64,000 bases of DNA from Candidatus Pacearchaeota archaeon (GTDB taxonomy: Archaea; Nanobdellota; Nanobdellia; Pacearchaeales; GW2011-AR1), in NCBI GenBank assembly GCA_026002795.1, contig BPGA01000001.1:27470-91469 (forward strand), read 5' to 3'. A model generated the notes under the pieces. That model searched no databases. It was not told the origin of the DNA and was given only the letters and a program-made list of their open reading frames with translations. Each line of letters begins with the position of its first letter. The first letter of the stretch is position 1. Both the position numbers and the translations under genes were made by a program. This document shows, piece by piece, positions 40,095 to 50,348 of the stretch.

Positions 40095-40165
40095 GGGTGC
40101 GTAGTTTAATGGTAAAACAGGCGGCTCCAGACCGCCAGACGGGGGTTCGATTCCCTCCGCGCCCA
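40095..40165 (+). tRNA. tRNA-Trp(CCA)
   Basis: Acceptor GGGTGCG/CGCGCCC, anticodon stem GGCGG/CCGCC with loop CTCCAGA, and a TTCGATT T loop. Confidence 0.9.
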
Positions 40166-40243
40166 TTTTTCAAGATTTAAAAAGAATAAAATTTAAAGTT
40201 TAAAGTAACATTTATAAAAATAAAAGAGAAAATAAAAGGTAAA

Positions 40244-41089
40244 ATGTGGAACCAAATTAAAACTGTTTTGTTTTTAGCAATTTTAACTGCAATTCTTTTA
40301 TTTTTTGGAAGTTTTTTTGGAAGAGTTGGACTTACAATAGCAATTATTTTTGCGCTTAGCATTAATTTTATAACTTACTTTTTTTCAGATAGAATTGCTT
40401 TGTTTATGTATAGAGCAAAACCGATTAAAAAAGATAAATATCAATGGTTAATTAATGACATAAAACAGCTTTCAAAAGAAGCAAAAATTCCTGAACCAAA
40501 AGGAATTTACATTATACCAACAGAGCAAGCAAATGCTTTTTGCGCTGGAAGAGGACCAAAGCATTATGTAGTTGCGTGTACAGAAGGAATTTTAAAAATC
40601 TTAGATAAAGAAGAATTAAGAGCTGTTTTAGCTCATGAAATTGCTCATGCAAAAAATAGAGATGTTTTAATTGCGACAATTGCAGCTACAATAGCTGGAG
40701 TTATTTCATACCTTGCGCATATGGCCCAATTCGCAGCTATTTTTGGTGGAAGAGATAATGAAAGATCAGCCTCAAATATTATTGGACTTCTTATACTAGC
40801 TATTTTAACTCCTATAATTGCATTAATAATCCAACTTGCAATTTCTAGAACAAGAGAGTATCATGCTGATGAAACAGGAGCCAAAATTATTAGAAATGGA
40901 AAGCCTCTTGCTTCTGCTCTTGAAAAAATAGAAAAATCAGTAAAAAGCTCTCCTTTAAATTTTGGAAGCGAAGCTGCTTCAAGTCTTTTTATTTCAAATC
41001 CTTTTAAAAGAAATGCTCTTCTAAATTTATTTTCAACGCACCCCCCTGTTGAAGCAAGAATTAAAAGACTTAAAGAGATGAATTTTTAG
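40244..41089 (+). CDS. htpX: HtpX-type M48 membrane zinc protease
   Basis: 281 aa with TM helices, HEIAHAKNRD (HExxH), and a downstream EYHADE. Confidence 0.9.
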   Translation: MWNQIKTVLFLAILTAILLFFGSFFGRVGLTIAIIFALSINFITYFFSDRIALFMYRAKPIKKDKYQWLINDIKQLSKEAKIPEPKGIYIIPTEQANAFCAGRGPKHYVVACTEGILKILDKEELRAVLAHEIAHAKNRDVLIATIAATIAGVISYLAHMAQFAAIFGGRDNERSASNIIGLLILAILTPIIALIIQLAISRTREYHADETGAKIIRNGKPLASALEKIEKSVKSSPLNFGSEAASSLFISNPFKRNALLNLFSTHPPVEARIKRLKEMNF

Positions 41090-41207
41090 TGGAAAAATTT
41101 TGAAAGATTTAATTTATAAAAGCAGAAGTTAAAATTGAGATGGTAAGAGAGTGTGGGTATTAACGAATGAGAAATTAAAGAATAAAGCTTAAAAAATAAA
41201 TGTAAAA

Positions 41208-41969
41208 TTAAATCAAATCTTTGATTTTACCAAAAAAATAAGTTTTATCTTCACCTATAACATAAACATAAAAATCAAGTATTTTTTTATGAGGAATTAT
41301 TGAGAAATTTTCATCATAACCATATTTGTATTCATTAACTGAGGTTCCTTCAAAAATCTCTAAAAAACTTGGTAAGATTATGAATGTTTTTTCTTTATAA
41401 TTTCCAACTAAAAAACATTTATACTCCTCTGTTTTAACTTTATCTTTTAAAATGATTGATGGATGTAAATGAGCTAAAACAACATACTTTATTTTTTTTG
41501 AAAATATTTCATTATAAATTTTGTGTCCGTGAAGAAAAGCAATTTCCTCTTCAATGTGAATTGCTTTTATTTTCCCTCCTAAATAATCAATAGTGTCGTG
41601 ATTTCCTCTTATCAAAATTATATTTTCTTCTTTAAAATATTTTTTTAAAAATTCGTAAACGTCTAAAAAATCATCTCTTTCTTTTCTTTCAAAATAAAAG
41701 GCGTGTTTTATATCCCCAAGAAAAACAATTTTCTTTATGTTTTTTCCTTCTGATTTTATTTTTTTAAAAATTTTTTTTAAGTTAGAAATTGTTTCTTTAG
41801 CAAGACTTTTTGGAAAATAAACTCCTAAATCTTCTAGCATTCTATCATAACCTATATGTAAATCTCCTATAACAAGAATCTCTTTTTTTGGAAAAAATAA
41901 AGCTTTATCGACAAACTCAAAATTATTAAAGATTTCCTGATTTTTTTCTTTTTTTATTTTTTCATTCAT
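41208..41969 (-). CDS. metallophosphoesterase (MPE) coupled to Lhr helicase
   Basis: 253 aa with the calcineurin-like motifs GDLHIG, GDIKH, GNHD and HGH. Its start overlaps the helicase stop. Confidence 0.8.
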   Translation of the reverse strand: MNEKIKKEKNQEIFNNFEFVDKALFFPKKEILVIGDLHIGYDRMLEDLGVYFPKSLAKETISNLKKIFKKIKSEGKNIKKIVFLGDIKHAFYFERKERDDFLDVYEFLKKYFKEENIILIRGNHDTIDYLGGKIKAIHIEEEIAFLHGHKIYNEIFSKKIKYVVLAHLHPSIILKDKVKTEEYKCFLVGNYKEKTFIILPSFLEIFEGTSVNEYKYGYDENFSIIPHKKILDFYVYVIGEDKTYFFGKIKDLI

Positions 41970-44562
41970 TTTCTTCTGCTTTTTTTAAAATTTTTTGTAA
42001 ATGAAGCTCATGCATTCTTTTTAAAAAAGCCTGTTTATCTTCTATTCTTATCAAATCAGAGTGTCCTTGCAAAATTAGATTTAATGCAAAAGGAGAAGGA
42101 ATTTCTGTATCTAAAATTTTAACTTTTATTTTTCCTTTTTCTATCCAGCTTATAACTTTTTTAGCATTTTCAAGATCCATTAAATCTTCCAAGACTTCTC
42201 TTCTTGCTTCTCTTAAAATTGGAAACTCTTTGCTTATTTTCTTTACTGTTGAAAATAAAAAATGAGATTTTAGTTGTTGCCTTCCAACTGATTTTGATTT
42301 TCCTTTGTAACTTCTTAAAATCATTAAAGCTCTTACAGCACAATGTCTAAATCTTCTTACTAAAACATCTGTTCTCTCTATTGCTTCTTTTAAAATTTCC
42401 TCTATATTTTTTTCATTAATTTCTTTTAAAGCTCTATTTATCATCATTTTTTCTCCTGAAATATAAAATCCATTATCTGAAATTCCTATTTCAATATCTC
42501 TACCTCCTAAAAGTCCTATAACATAACCAAAAGCTCTTGAAAGTGCATCATTAACACGTCTTCCATAAAGAGAGTGAAAAATAAGATATTTTTTTCCTTG
42601 ATCATTAAATTTTTCAATAAGAAAAAGATTTTCATGTGGAATTTCTAAGAAAGAGTGTTGTTCTAAAAAATAATTGTAAATTGCTTCTGCTGTTTCTTTA
42701 GGAACATAAAGATAACTTTTTATAAAATTAAGTATTTTCTCTTTTGAATGGCCTAATTCAAGTTTTTTTCTCATAAGTTTTCTAAATTTATTAATTTCAA
42801 GAGCCGAGTCAAAGCTTAAAGGCAACATTTCAGAAAACCAAGAAGGAATTGTTGGATTTCTTTTTATTTCAGGTGTAACATAAAGATTCATTCCTCTCGT
42901 GTATCTGTAAAGATATTTTTTTCCACCTAAAACAAAAACATCTCCTTGTTTCATTCTTGAAAGAAAGGTTTCGTCGATAACTCCTATAAATTCATCTGAT
43001 CCTGCAATTTTCACGTTAATGTAAGATTCTTCAGGAATTGTACCAAGATTTGTAAGGTAAATAACTCTTGCGAGCTTTCCTCTTTTTCCAATTTGTTTCG
43101 TTTTTGGATCATACCAAATTTTTCCGTAGACATGGTTTTTTTCTAAAGAATACTCTCCAGAAAGATAACTTATAACATCAAGAAAATCTTTCCTTGTTAG
43201 TTCATGGTAACAATAACTTTTTTTAATTAAGTTAAAAAGCTCTTCTTCGTGCCATACTTTATGTATAGCCATACCAAAAATTTGCTGAGATAAAACATCT
43301 AAACAGTTCTTAGGAAATTTTATTTTGTTTATTTTTCTTTCAGTTATTTCTTTTTGGATTATACAACATTCAACAAGATCATCTCTATCTAAAACAATAA
43401 ATCTTCCTTTTGGAATTTCGTGAAGTTTGTGGCCAGATCTTCCAATTCTTTGCAATGCCCTAGAACTACTTTTAGGAGAGCCAAGCATTATAACTAAGTC
43501 GATATAACCTATATCAATCCCAAGTTCTAGACTAGTTGAACAAACCACAACTTTAAGTTTTCCTTGTCTAAGCTTTTCCTCTATTTCAAATCTGTGTTTT
43601 TTACTTAAAGAAGAATGATGTGCTGCAATATCCTCTTCTCCTATTTCTGTCGGAAATTTTTCTTTTAAAAAATTAACAACTCTTTCTGTTGCTGATCTTG
43701 TGTTTGTAAAGATAAGAGTTGTTTTGTGTTGTTTTACGAGTTTATAGATAAGCTCATACATTTTATGGTGAATTTCTTCATCTTCAATAATATTTTTTAC
43801 AGGAGTTAAAACCTCAACATCTATTTTTTTATTAAGAACGACTCTTGCAATTTCTATTTTTCTTGAATTGTCAATTCCTACTAAAAACAAAGCAACTTCT
43901 TCCATTGGTTCTATTGTCGCGCTTAAACCTATTTTAACTGGCCATTGAGAGGAAATTTCATTAAGTCTTTCTAAAGTTAAACTTAAATGAGCTCCTCTTT
44001 TATTGTCAAGCGAATGAATTTCATCGACAATACAAAATTCTACAGAATTCATGTGCTTAACAAAATTTTTTGAAGAAAGAATTATTGCTAGAGATTCTGG
44101 AGTTGTTATAAGAATATGTGGAGGATTTTTTAGCATTTTAGTTCTTTCAGAAGGAGTTGTGTCTCCTGTTCTTAGTCCTACTCTAATTTTTTGAAGTTTT
44201 ACCCCTTTTTTTTCTGCAATTTCCTCTATTTCTTTTAGTGGTTCTATAAGATTTTTGTGAATGTCATTGCTAAGAGCTTTTAAAGGAGAGGTATAAACTG
44301 CATAAACTTTATCTTCAAGTTTTTGTTTTTCAGCAAGATGAACAAGATAATTTAAAATAGAAAGAAAAGCAGTTAGTGTTTTTGTTCCGCCTGTTTCAGC
44401 TGAAATTAAGATGTTCTTTCTTTCCCAGATAGGTAAAACTCCGTATTTTTGTGTAAGAGAGAATTCTTTAAATTTTGAAAAAAACCACTCTTTAACAATT
44501 GGGTGAAGTATTTTTTTTATTTCTTCAGCATTTCTCTCTCTTGCTTTTAAGATTTTTGTCAT
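41962..44562 (-). CDS. lhr: Lhr-type DExH-box ATP-dependent helicase
   Basis: 866 aa with AETGGTKT, VDEIHSL, SATIEP, TSLELGIDIG and QRIGRSGH, plus a long Lhr-like C-terminal extension. Confidence 0.9.
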   Translation of the reverse strand: MTKILKARERNAEEIKKILHPIVKEWFFSKFKEFSLTQKYGVLPIWERKNILISAETGGTKTLTAFLSILNYLVHLAEKQKLEDKVYAVYTSPLKALSNDIHKNLIEPLKEIEEIAEKKGVKLQKIRVGLRTGDTTPSERTKMLKNPPHILITTPESLAIILSSKNFVKHMNSVEFCIVDEIHSLDNKRGAHLSLTLERLNEISSQWPVKIGLSATIEPMEEVALFLVGIDNSRKIEIARVVLNKKIDVEVLTPVKNIIEDEEIHHKMYELIYKLVKQHKTTLIFTNTRSATERVVNFLKEKFPTEIGEEDIAAHHSSLSKKHRFEIEEKLRQGKLKVVVCSTSLELGIDIGYIDLVIMLGSPKSSSRALQRIGRSGHKLHEIPKGRFIVLDRDDLVECCIIQKEITERKINKIKFPKNCLDVLSQQIFGMAIHKVWHEEELFNLIKKSYCYHELTRKDFLDVISYLSGEYSLEKNHVYGKIWYDPKTKQIGKRGKLARVIYLTNLGTIPEESYINVKIAGSDEFIGVIDETFLSRMKQGDVFVLGGKKYLYRYTRGMNLYVTPEIKRNPTIPSWFSEMLPLSFDSALEINKFRKLMRKKLELGHSKEKILNFIKSYLYVPKETAEAIYNYFLEQHSFLEIPHENLFLIEKFNDQGKKYLIFHSLYGRRVNDALSRAFGYVIGLLGGRDIEIGISDNGFYISGEKMMINRALKEINEKNIEEILKEAIERTDVLVRRFRHCAVRALMILRSYKGKSKSVGRQQLKSHFLFSTVKKISKEFPILREARREVLEDLMDLENAKKVISWIEKGKIKVKILDTEIPSPFALNLILQGHSDLIRIEDKQAFLKRMHELHLQKILKKAEENE

Positions 44563-44682
44563 AATAAATTTTAGTGTTTTGATTTATAAAGGTTTTAGAT
44601 TAAAAATTTCCTTAGTTATTTAGTGCCTTAAATAACAACGAAGAAAAAAAAGATTTTTAAACTTAAATTTATTTATTAAAAA

Positions 44683-45204
44683 ATGAGAAAAGGCTTTATC
44701 ATTGGTTTAGTTGTCGTTTTAGTTGTTTTAGCTGTTTTAATTGTTTTTTTAACAAGGGGTCCTAGTCCTTCTGAAAAAGAGTTAGGAAATCAGATTTCAG
44801 GACCTGGAACAATAATGGCTGGAGAAGAAGTCGAACAAGGAACAAGCACAAAAGGAGAATCTTCTGGAACATCCTCTGGAACAGATACTGCTAAAAATGT
44901 TGTTGAAATTACTCCTTCTGGATTCTCTCCTAGTGTTCTTACAATAAAAAAAGGAGAGAGAGTAACATGGATTAATAAAGCAGGAAGAGAAAGCTGGCCT
45001 GCTTCTGCAATTCATCCTACACATAGAGTTTATCCTGGGTCTGACATAAATAAATGTGGAACTTCTGAAGAAAGTTTAATTTTTGATGCGTGCAGAGGAA
45101 TTCCTCCAGGAGAAAGCTGGAGTTTCACTTTTAATGAAGTTGGAAGCTGGAAATACCATGATCATTTGCAGGCTTCTGTCACAGGAACAATTGTTGTTGA
45201 ATAA
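44683..45204 (+). CDS. membrane-anchored cupredoxin-like domain protein
   Basis: 173 aa with an N-terminal TM helix, then ITPSGFSPSVLTIKKGERVTWINK...H...C...WKYHDH with His and Cys ligand candidates. Confidence 0.5.
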   Translation: MRKGFIIGLVVVLVVLAVLIVFLTRGPSPSEKELGNQISGPGTIMAGEEVEQGTSTKGESSGTSSGTDTAKNVVEITPSGFSPSVLTIKKGERVTWINKAGRESWPASAIHPTHRVYPGSDINKCGTSEESLIFDACRGIPPGESWSFTFNEVGSWKYHDHLQASVTGTIVVE

Positions 45205-45345
45205 TTTTTTTAGAGTTTTTCATTTGTTTAGTTTATTTATTTAATTTAGTTTATTTAGTTATTTTTGATTTTTAATGAGAAGATTTAAATAATAAAAAAC
45301 TAGTAAATAATAAGAATAATAAATAAGTAAAAATAAATAATTAAA

Positions 45346-45780
45346 ATGCCTATCTCAAAAAAAATTTCGAGATCAAAAAATTTTTCATTAAGAAAAAATT
45401 ATGACAAAAATTTTGAAAGGAAAAAAGAAGCTGTATCTTTTTTTTTAAGAGCAGGGCTTGCTGTTGTATTTTTTTATGCTGCTTTTTCTTCTTTCTTATT
45501 TCCTGAAAATTGGATTGGGTTTATACCTTTATTTTTAAAAAAAATGTTTTCTCAAGAGATTTTGCTTTTATTGTTTTCTCTTTATGAAATTTTTTTGGGT
45601 TTATGGCTTCTCTCAAACAAAAAAACCTTTTATGCTGCATTTTTTTCTGCAATAACAATGTTTTTAATAATTATCTCAAATATAATTTTGTTTGATATTG
45701 TTTTTAGGGATATTGCAATAATGTTTATGGCAATTGCACTTGCTTTTCTCTCAAAAGATGAAAGAGGTGGTAGTGGTTAG
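45346..45780 (+). CDS. DoxX-like small membrane protein
   Basis: 144 aa with four hydrophobic helices. Confidence 0.4.
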   Translation: MPISKKISRSKNFSLRKNYDKNFERKKEAVSFFLRAGLAVVFFYAAFSSFLFPENWIGFIPLFLKKMFSQEILLLLFSLYEIFLGLWLLSNKKTFYAAFFSAITMFLIIISNIILFDIVFRDIAIMFMAIALAFLSKDERGGSG

Positions 45781-45932
45781 AATGTTTATCTTTAGAATAA
45801 GTTTATGTTTTGGTTGATTTTGTTTTTAATATAAAAAATTTAAAAACATTTAAGGAAAGATAATTAAAGATAATCAAGAGGAATGATAATTAAATTGATA
45901 ATAAAAAACAAGAAGAAAAAATAAAAGTAAAG

Positions 45933-46349
45933 ATGACAGAGTTTATTGTTACTTTAATTGTACTTGCGTTTTTAGGCATAATTGATAGTATTTTTTTAAT
46001 TTATAAAAACACAAAAAAAGAAGCTGTTGTTTGCCCTGTGGGGGAGCCTGAAGGTTGTAGCGCTGTTCTTGAAAGCAAATACAGCAAAATTTTTTTTGTA
46101 AAAAATGAAATTCTTGGTTTATTGTATTATGTTTTTGTTTTTTTATTAGGGATTTTTTTGTACTTTAAATTTTCAAGTATTTTTTCTTTTTCAATTGAAA
46201 GGATTTTATTTTTTATATCATTAATTGCTTTAATTTTTTCTAGTTTTCTTTTTTATATACAAGTCAAAAAAATAAAGAAATATTGTTTTTATTGTATTAT
46301 TTCTGCATTAATTAGTTTGTTAATTTTTTTGAATGTGCTAATTCTGTAA
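45933..46349 (+). CDS. vitamin K epoxide reductase (VKOR) family protein
   Basis: 138 aa with loop cysteines VCPVGEPEGC and CFYC (CxxC) at the start of the last helix. Confidence 0.7.
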   Translation: MTEFIVTLIVLAFLGIIDSIFLIYKNTKKEAVVCPVGEPEGCSAVLESKYSKIFFVKNEILGLLYYVFVFLLGIFLYFKFSSIFSFSIERILFFISLIALIFSSFLFYIQVKKIKKYCFYCIISALISLLIFLNVLIL

Positions 46350-46498
46350 AAATTTTGTTTTTTATAAAAATTTTCAATTTTTAAATTTCGCATAATCAAA
46401 ATCTTGTAATCACCTTTTGATAAGTAGAAATGTTTAAATATCATTTAGTTTTGAATAAAAAGTTAAATACAATTTGTGCTAATGAAAAAATATAAAAA

Positions 46499-46514
46499 GT
46501 ACAATATATTGTAT
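46499..46514 (+). promoter_or_regulatory. NrdR-box-like palindrome over the nrdR promoter or start region
   Basis: GTACAATATATTGTAT matches the core CwAtATaTwG of the bacterial NrdR box. It lies between the TATA-like atataaaa (about 46490) and the nrdR ATG at 46520. Confidence 0.5.
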
Positions 46515-46519
46515 GTTTT

Positions 46520-46954
46520 ATGAATTGTATTTATTGTGGTGGAAAAACAAGAGTAACAAATAAAAGAGACTCCCTGAATGGTGTAAGAAGAAGGCGTGAA
46601 TGTTTAAAGTGTAAAAAGAGGTTTACAACAATTGAAAGGGTTGCAGAAGTTAGACTTTATGTTATAAAAAAAGATGGTAGAAGAGAAAAGTTTTCCAGAG
46701 AGAAGCTTGAGGTTGGAATTGAAAGGGCTTTTGAAAAAAGGCCTGTTCCTCAAGAAAAAATTCAAAAAATGATAAATGAAGTTGAAAAACAACTTATAGA
46801 AAGAGGAAAAAATGAGGTCAAAAGTTCAGTTATAGGAGAGCTTATCATGAAAAAAATGAAAAAAATTGATCATGTTGCTTATATAAGGTTTGCGTCTGTT
46901 TATCGTGAGTTTAAGGATGTTAAAGATTTTAAAAAGCTAATAAAAGAGGTTTAA
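46520..46954 (+). CDS. nrdR: transcriptional repressor NrdR (zinc ribbon plus ATP-cone)
   Basis: 144 aa with CIYCGG...CLKC and RRRRECL, followed by ATP-cone VIKKDGRREKFSREKL. Confidence 0.9.
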   Translation: MNCIYCGGKTRVTNKRDSLNGVRRRRECLKCKKRFTTIERVAEVRLYVIKKDGRREKFSREKLEVGIERAFEKRPVPQEKIQKMINEVEKQLIERGKNEVKSSVIGELIMKKMKKIDHVAYIRFASVYREFKDVKDFKKLIKEV

Positions 46955-47070
46955 GAAATTACACGAGATTAATGTGTTATCATAAAAAATTATTAAAAAT
47001 TATTAAAAAAATGGGTAAAAAACTTAAAAGAGAAAAAGAGAGTAAAAATTTTTAATTTTTAAAGAATAAG

Positions 47071-49701
47071 ATGGCAACTGTATTAAAACTTGAAGAAAGA
47101 ATAAAACAAGAGACAAAATTCCCTGATTATGTAGGAAAAGGAAAATTTATTGAATCTCTAACTGAAAACCAAATTTATGCTCTTGAAAAAAAATATTTGT
47201 TAAGAGATGATTCTGGAGAGATTTGTGAAACGCCAGCAGAAGCTGTTTACAGAATAGCAAGAACAATGGCAGAAGTTGAAAGAAAATATGGAGCGAGTAA
47301 TGAAGAAATTGATTTTTTTACAAAACAATTTTATGAACTAATTGCAAATGGTTATTTTTCTCCTGCTGGAAGAGTTTGGACTAATGCCGGAACAGAGATT
47401 AAAGCTCTTTTTAATTGTTATGTTCTTCCTGTTGAAGATAGTATGGATTTAGAAGATGATGGAAATATTTTTATGGCTGTTGCAAAAGCAGCAATAGTTC
47501 ATAAAAATGGTGGTGGAACAGGATATAATTTTTCTGAATTAAGGCCAAGAGGCTCTTATGTAAGAAAATCAAAAGGAATTGCTTCTGGTCCAGTATCTTT
47601 TATAGAGCAATTTGATAAAGAAACAGAAATCATTAATTCTGGAAATAGAAGAGGAGCTAACATGGGAATTCTTGATGTTACGCATCCTGATATTTTAGAT
47701 TTTATTTATGCAAAATCAGTAAAAGGTAAATTAACTAACTTCAATGTATCAGTAGGAGCAACTGATGATTTTATGAGGGCTGTTGAAAATAATGGATTTT
47801 ATAATTTAGAGTTTCCTAAAGGAAATCCTTTCAAATACACTGATTTAGAAAGAATCATAAAAAATATAGAAGAGAATAAAATTGGAGGAGCTGAAGTAGG
47901 AAGCTCTCCTGAACCTTGTTCTTTAAAGATTGATTTGTCTGAAGGAAAAGTTATTCCTGGAAAAACAAAAGTTATTGACAGCTACTCTGGAAAAATTGCT
48001 GGAAAAGTTGATGAAAACGGAAATATTCAGTTATCTGCTAATTATGTAATGAATCTTATTGCAGAGCTTGCTCATAAAACAGGAGATCCTGGAATGATTT
48101 TTTTAGATACAATCAATAAAGACAATCCTTTACCAAAAAAAGGACCAATAAGAGCAACTAATCCATGTGGAGAACAGCCATTGCATCCTTATGATGCGTG
48201 CAATCTTGGAAGTGTTATTCTTTCAAATATGATAAGAGAAGAGAATGGAAAAAAGGATATTGATTGGAAAAGACTTGAAGAAACTGTAAGAATAGCTACT
48301 CGTTTCATGGATAATGTTAATGATGCAAACAGAGGCCCTTTGCCTGAAATAGAAAGAACTGTTTTAAGTCATAGAAGAATTGGGCTTGGTGTTATGGGTT
48401 GGGCAGACATGCTAGCAGAACTTGGAATTCCTTATGATTCTGAAAAAGCAAGAGAGCTTGCAAAGCAGATTATGGGTTTTATAACAGAAACCGCAAAAAA
48501 AACTTCTGTTGAACTAGCAAAAGAAAAAGGTGTTTTTCCTGCTTTTGAAGAAAGTATTTACAATGATGGAAATCCTGAAAATAGAGTAAGAAATGTTGAA
48601 AGAACAACAATTGCTCCAACAGGAACAATCTCAATGGTTTACAATGTAAGCAGTGGAATTGAGCCTCTTTTTGCAGTAACTTACAGAAAGAATATTAGAG
48701 GAGGAGATAGTTTGGTTTATGTTGTTCCTTCTTTTTTAAGAGAGGCAGAGAAAAGAGGGCTTAATGTTGAAAGTCTGATTCCGCTGATTGAAGCTAATCG
48801 CGGAAGTATTCAAGTAATTGAAGGAATTCCAGAAGATTTAAAAGAAATTTTCAAAACATCTCATGATTTGTCTTATGAGGCACATATCCTTATGCAAGCA
48901 GCTTTTCAAGAAAAAACAGATAATGCTGTAAGTAAAACAATAAACATGAAAAAAGAAGCTAGTGTTGAAGATGTTAAAAATGCTTATATGCTTGCATGGA
49001 AAACAGGATGTAAGGGTATAACTGTTTATAGAGATGGAAGTAAAGAAGTTCAGGTTTTAGAGGTAGGATCAAAAAAAACAAAAGAAAATGGCCTTGAGAA
49101 AAAAGTAGGAACAATAGAGAATCCTTTAAAAATACCTGGAGTTGCTCCTGCAATAAAAATAAAACAAAGAACTCCTTTGGGAAATATGCATGTAAGCATA
49201 ATAATAGATCCAAAAAGAGATTATGCTCCTATAGAGACTTTTGGAAGTTTAGGAAATGCTGGAGGAACAGAAGCAGCAGATATTGAAGCAGTAGGAAGAT
49301 TAACTTCTATGTGGCTTAGATCAGGCGGGCCTATAGAAAAAATAATTGAACAGCTAAAGAATATTGGTTCTGGTGTTGCAACTGTATCTAGAGATGGAGA
49401 AATTCAATCTTTACCAATGGCTTTTGCAAGAGCTCTTCAAAAATATCAAATACTTAGAGAAATTGGAAAAATAGAGGATCTCTTGCTTGGAAAAGTTGAT
49501 CTCGAGGAAATTGACAGAGAGGTTTCTGATTTTCTAAGAAAAGGTAAGATTAAGTTTAACAATGAAGAAAATAACAATTCAAACACAGCTTTTGTTGAGA
49601 AGTTAGATTACATTAAAGAGAAGTGTCCTGATTGTGGAAATATGATTGTTTTTGAAGAAGGCTGTAAAAAATGTTATTCATGTGGGTTTTCAAAGTGTTA
49701 A
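47071..49701 (+). CDS. nrdJ: class II (adenosylcobalamin-dependent) ribonucleotide reductase
   Basis: 876 aa with [15 protein letters not shown] and SKTINM, plus a C-terminal zinc ribbon CPDCG...CKKCYSCG. Confidence 0.9.
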   Translation: MATVLKLEERIKQETKFPDYVGKGKFIESLTENQIYALEKKYLLRDDSGEICETPAEAVYRIARTMAEVERKYGASNEEIDFFTKQFYELIANGYFSPAGRVWTNAGTEIKALFNCYVLPVEDSMDLEDDGNIFMAVAKAAIVHKNGGGTGYNFSELRPRGSYVRKSKGIASGPVSFIEQFDKETEIINSGNRRGANMGILDVTHPDILDFIYAKSVKGKLTNFNVSVGATDDFMRAVENNGFYNLEFPKGNPFKYTDLERIIKNIEENKIGGAEVGSSPEPCSLKIDLSEGKVIPGKTKVIDSYSGKIAGKVDENGNIQLSANYVMNLIAELAHKTGDPGMIFLDTINKDNPLPKKGPIRATNPCGEQPLHPYDACNLGSVILSNMIREENGKKDIDWKRLEETVRIATRFMDNVNDANRGPLPEIERTVLSHRRIGLGVMGWADMLAELGIPYDSEKARELAKQIMGFITETAKKTSVELAKEKGVFPAFEESIYNDGNPENRVRNVERTTIAPTGTISMVYNVSSGIEPLFAVTYRKNIRGGDSLVYVVPSFLREAEKRGLNVESLIPLIEANRGSIQVIEGIPEDLKEIFKTSHDLSYEAHILMQAAFQEKTDNAVSKTINMKKEASVEDVKNAYMLAWKTGCKGITVYRDGSKEVQVLEVGSKKTKENGLEKKVGTIENPLKIPGVAPAIKIKQRTPLGNMHVSIIIDPKRDYAPIETFGSLGNAGGTEAADIEAVGRLTSMWLRSGGPIEKIIEQLKNIGSGVATVSRDGEIQSLPMAFARALQKYQILREIGKIEDLLLGKVDLEEIDREVSDFLRKGKIKFNNEENNNSNTAFVEKLDYIKEKCPDCGNMIVFEEGCKKCYSCGFSKC

Positions 49702-49844
49702 AAAATAACTGGAAGGAAGGAAAAGAGTAAAGGAATAAATAGAAAAAATTAACTAGCAAACAATAAGAAAAAGAAAAGAGGAAATGCAATAAATTTTTTC
49801 TTAATTTTATAAAGGTTTTTAAATAAGAAAAAAGTTTAATTTTT

Positions 49845-50174
49845 ATGGTTAAAGAAGAGAATGTTTTTGAAATTGATAATGAAAAAAGTTTTGAAGAGTT
49901 TATAAAAAAAGATCTTTCTTTGGTTGATTTTTTTGCAGATTGGTGCATGCCTTGTATTGTTATGGCTCCAATAATAGAAGAGCTTGCAAAAAAGTTTAAA
50001 GGAAAAATAAAATTTGGAAAAATTAATGTTGATGAAAATCACAAACTTGCGCAAAAGTTTGGAGTTTATTCCATACCGAATTTTATTCTTTTTAAAGACG
50101 GAAAAATTTTAGATAGATTTGTTGGAGCAACATCTTCAGAAGATTTTGAAAAAAGACTAATTAAGTATGTTTAA
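49845..50174 (+). CDS. trxA: thioredoxin with WCMPC active site
   Basis: 109 aa with FFADWCMPC and a YSIPNFILFKDG cis-Pro loop. Confidence 0.85.
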   Translation: MVKEENVFEIDNEKSFEEFIKKDLSLVDFFADWCMPCIVMAPIIEELAKKFKGKIKFGKINVDENHKLAQKFGVYSIPNFILFKDGKILDRFVGATSSEDFEKRLIKYV

Positions 50175-50348
50175 AAAAATAAGCGTCTTTAAAAAAATGT
50201 TTTTTTGATTTTAAAAATTTCTCTTTATATTTCTGAAAATTTTAACTAACTATTTCATAAGTTTATTATAGTTTTAAAATGATTATTTATAAATTTAAGA
50301 ATTTTAGAGGAATTAAAATTTATTTTTATTATATATTATGGTATTTTT

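Noticed and set aside
46961-46977. NrdR box upstream of nrdJ reported as a feature
   Set aside because: The ends are palindromic (ACAC...GTGT) but the spacing is 17 rather than 16 nt and the core is poor. It is kept only as a remark inside the NrdR finding.
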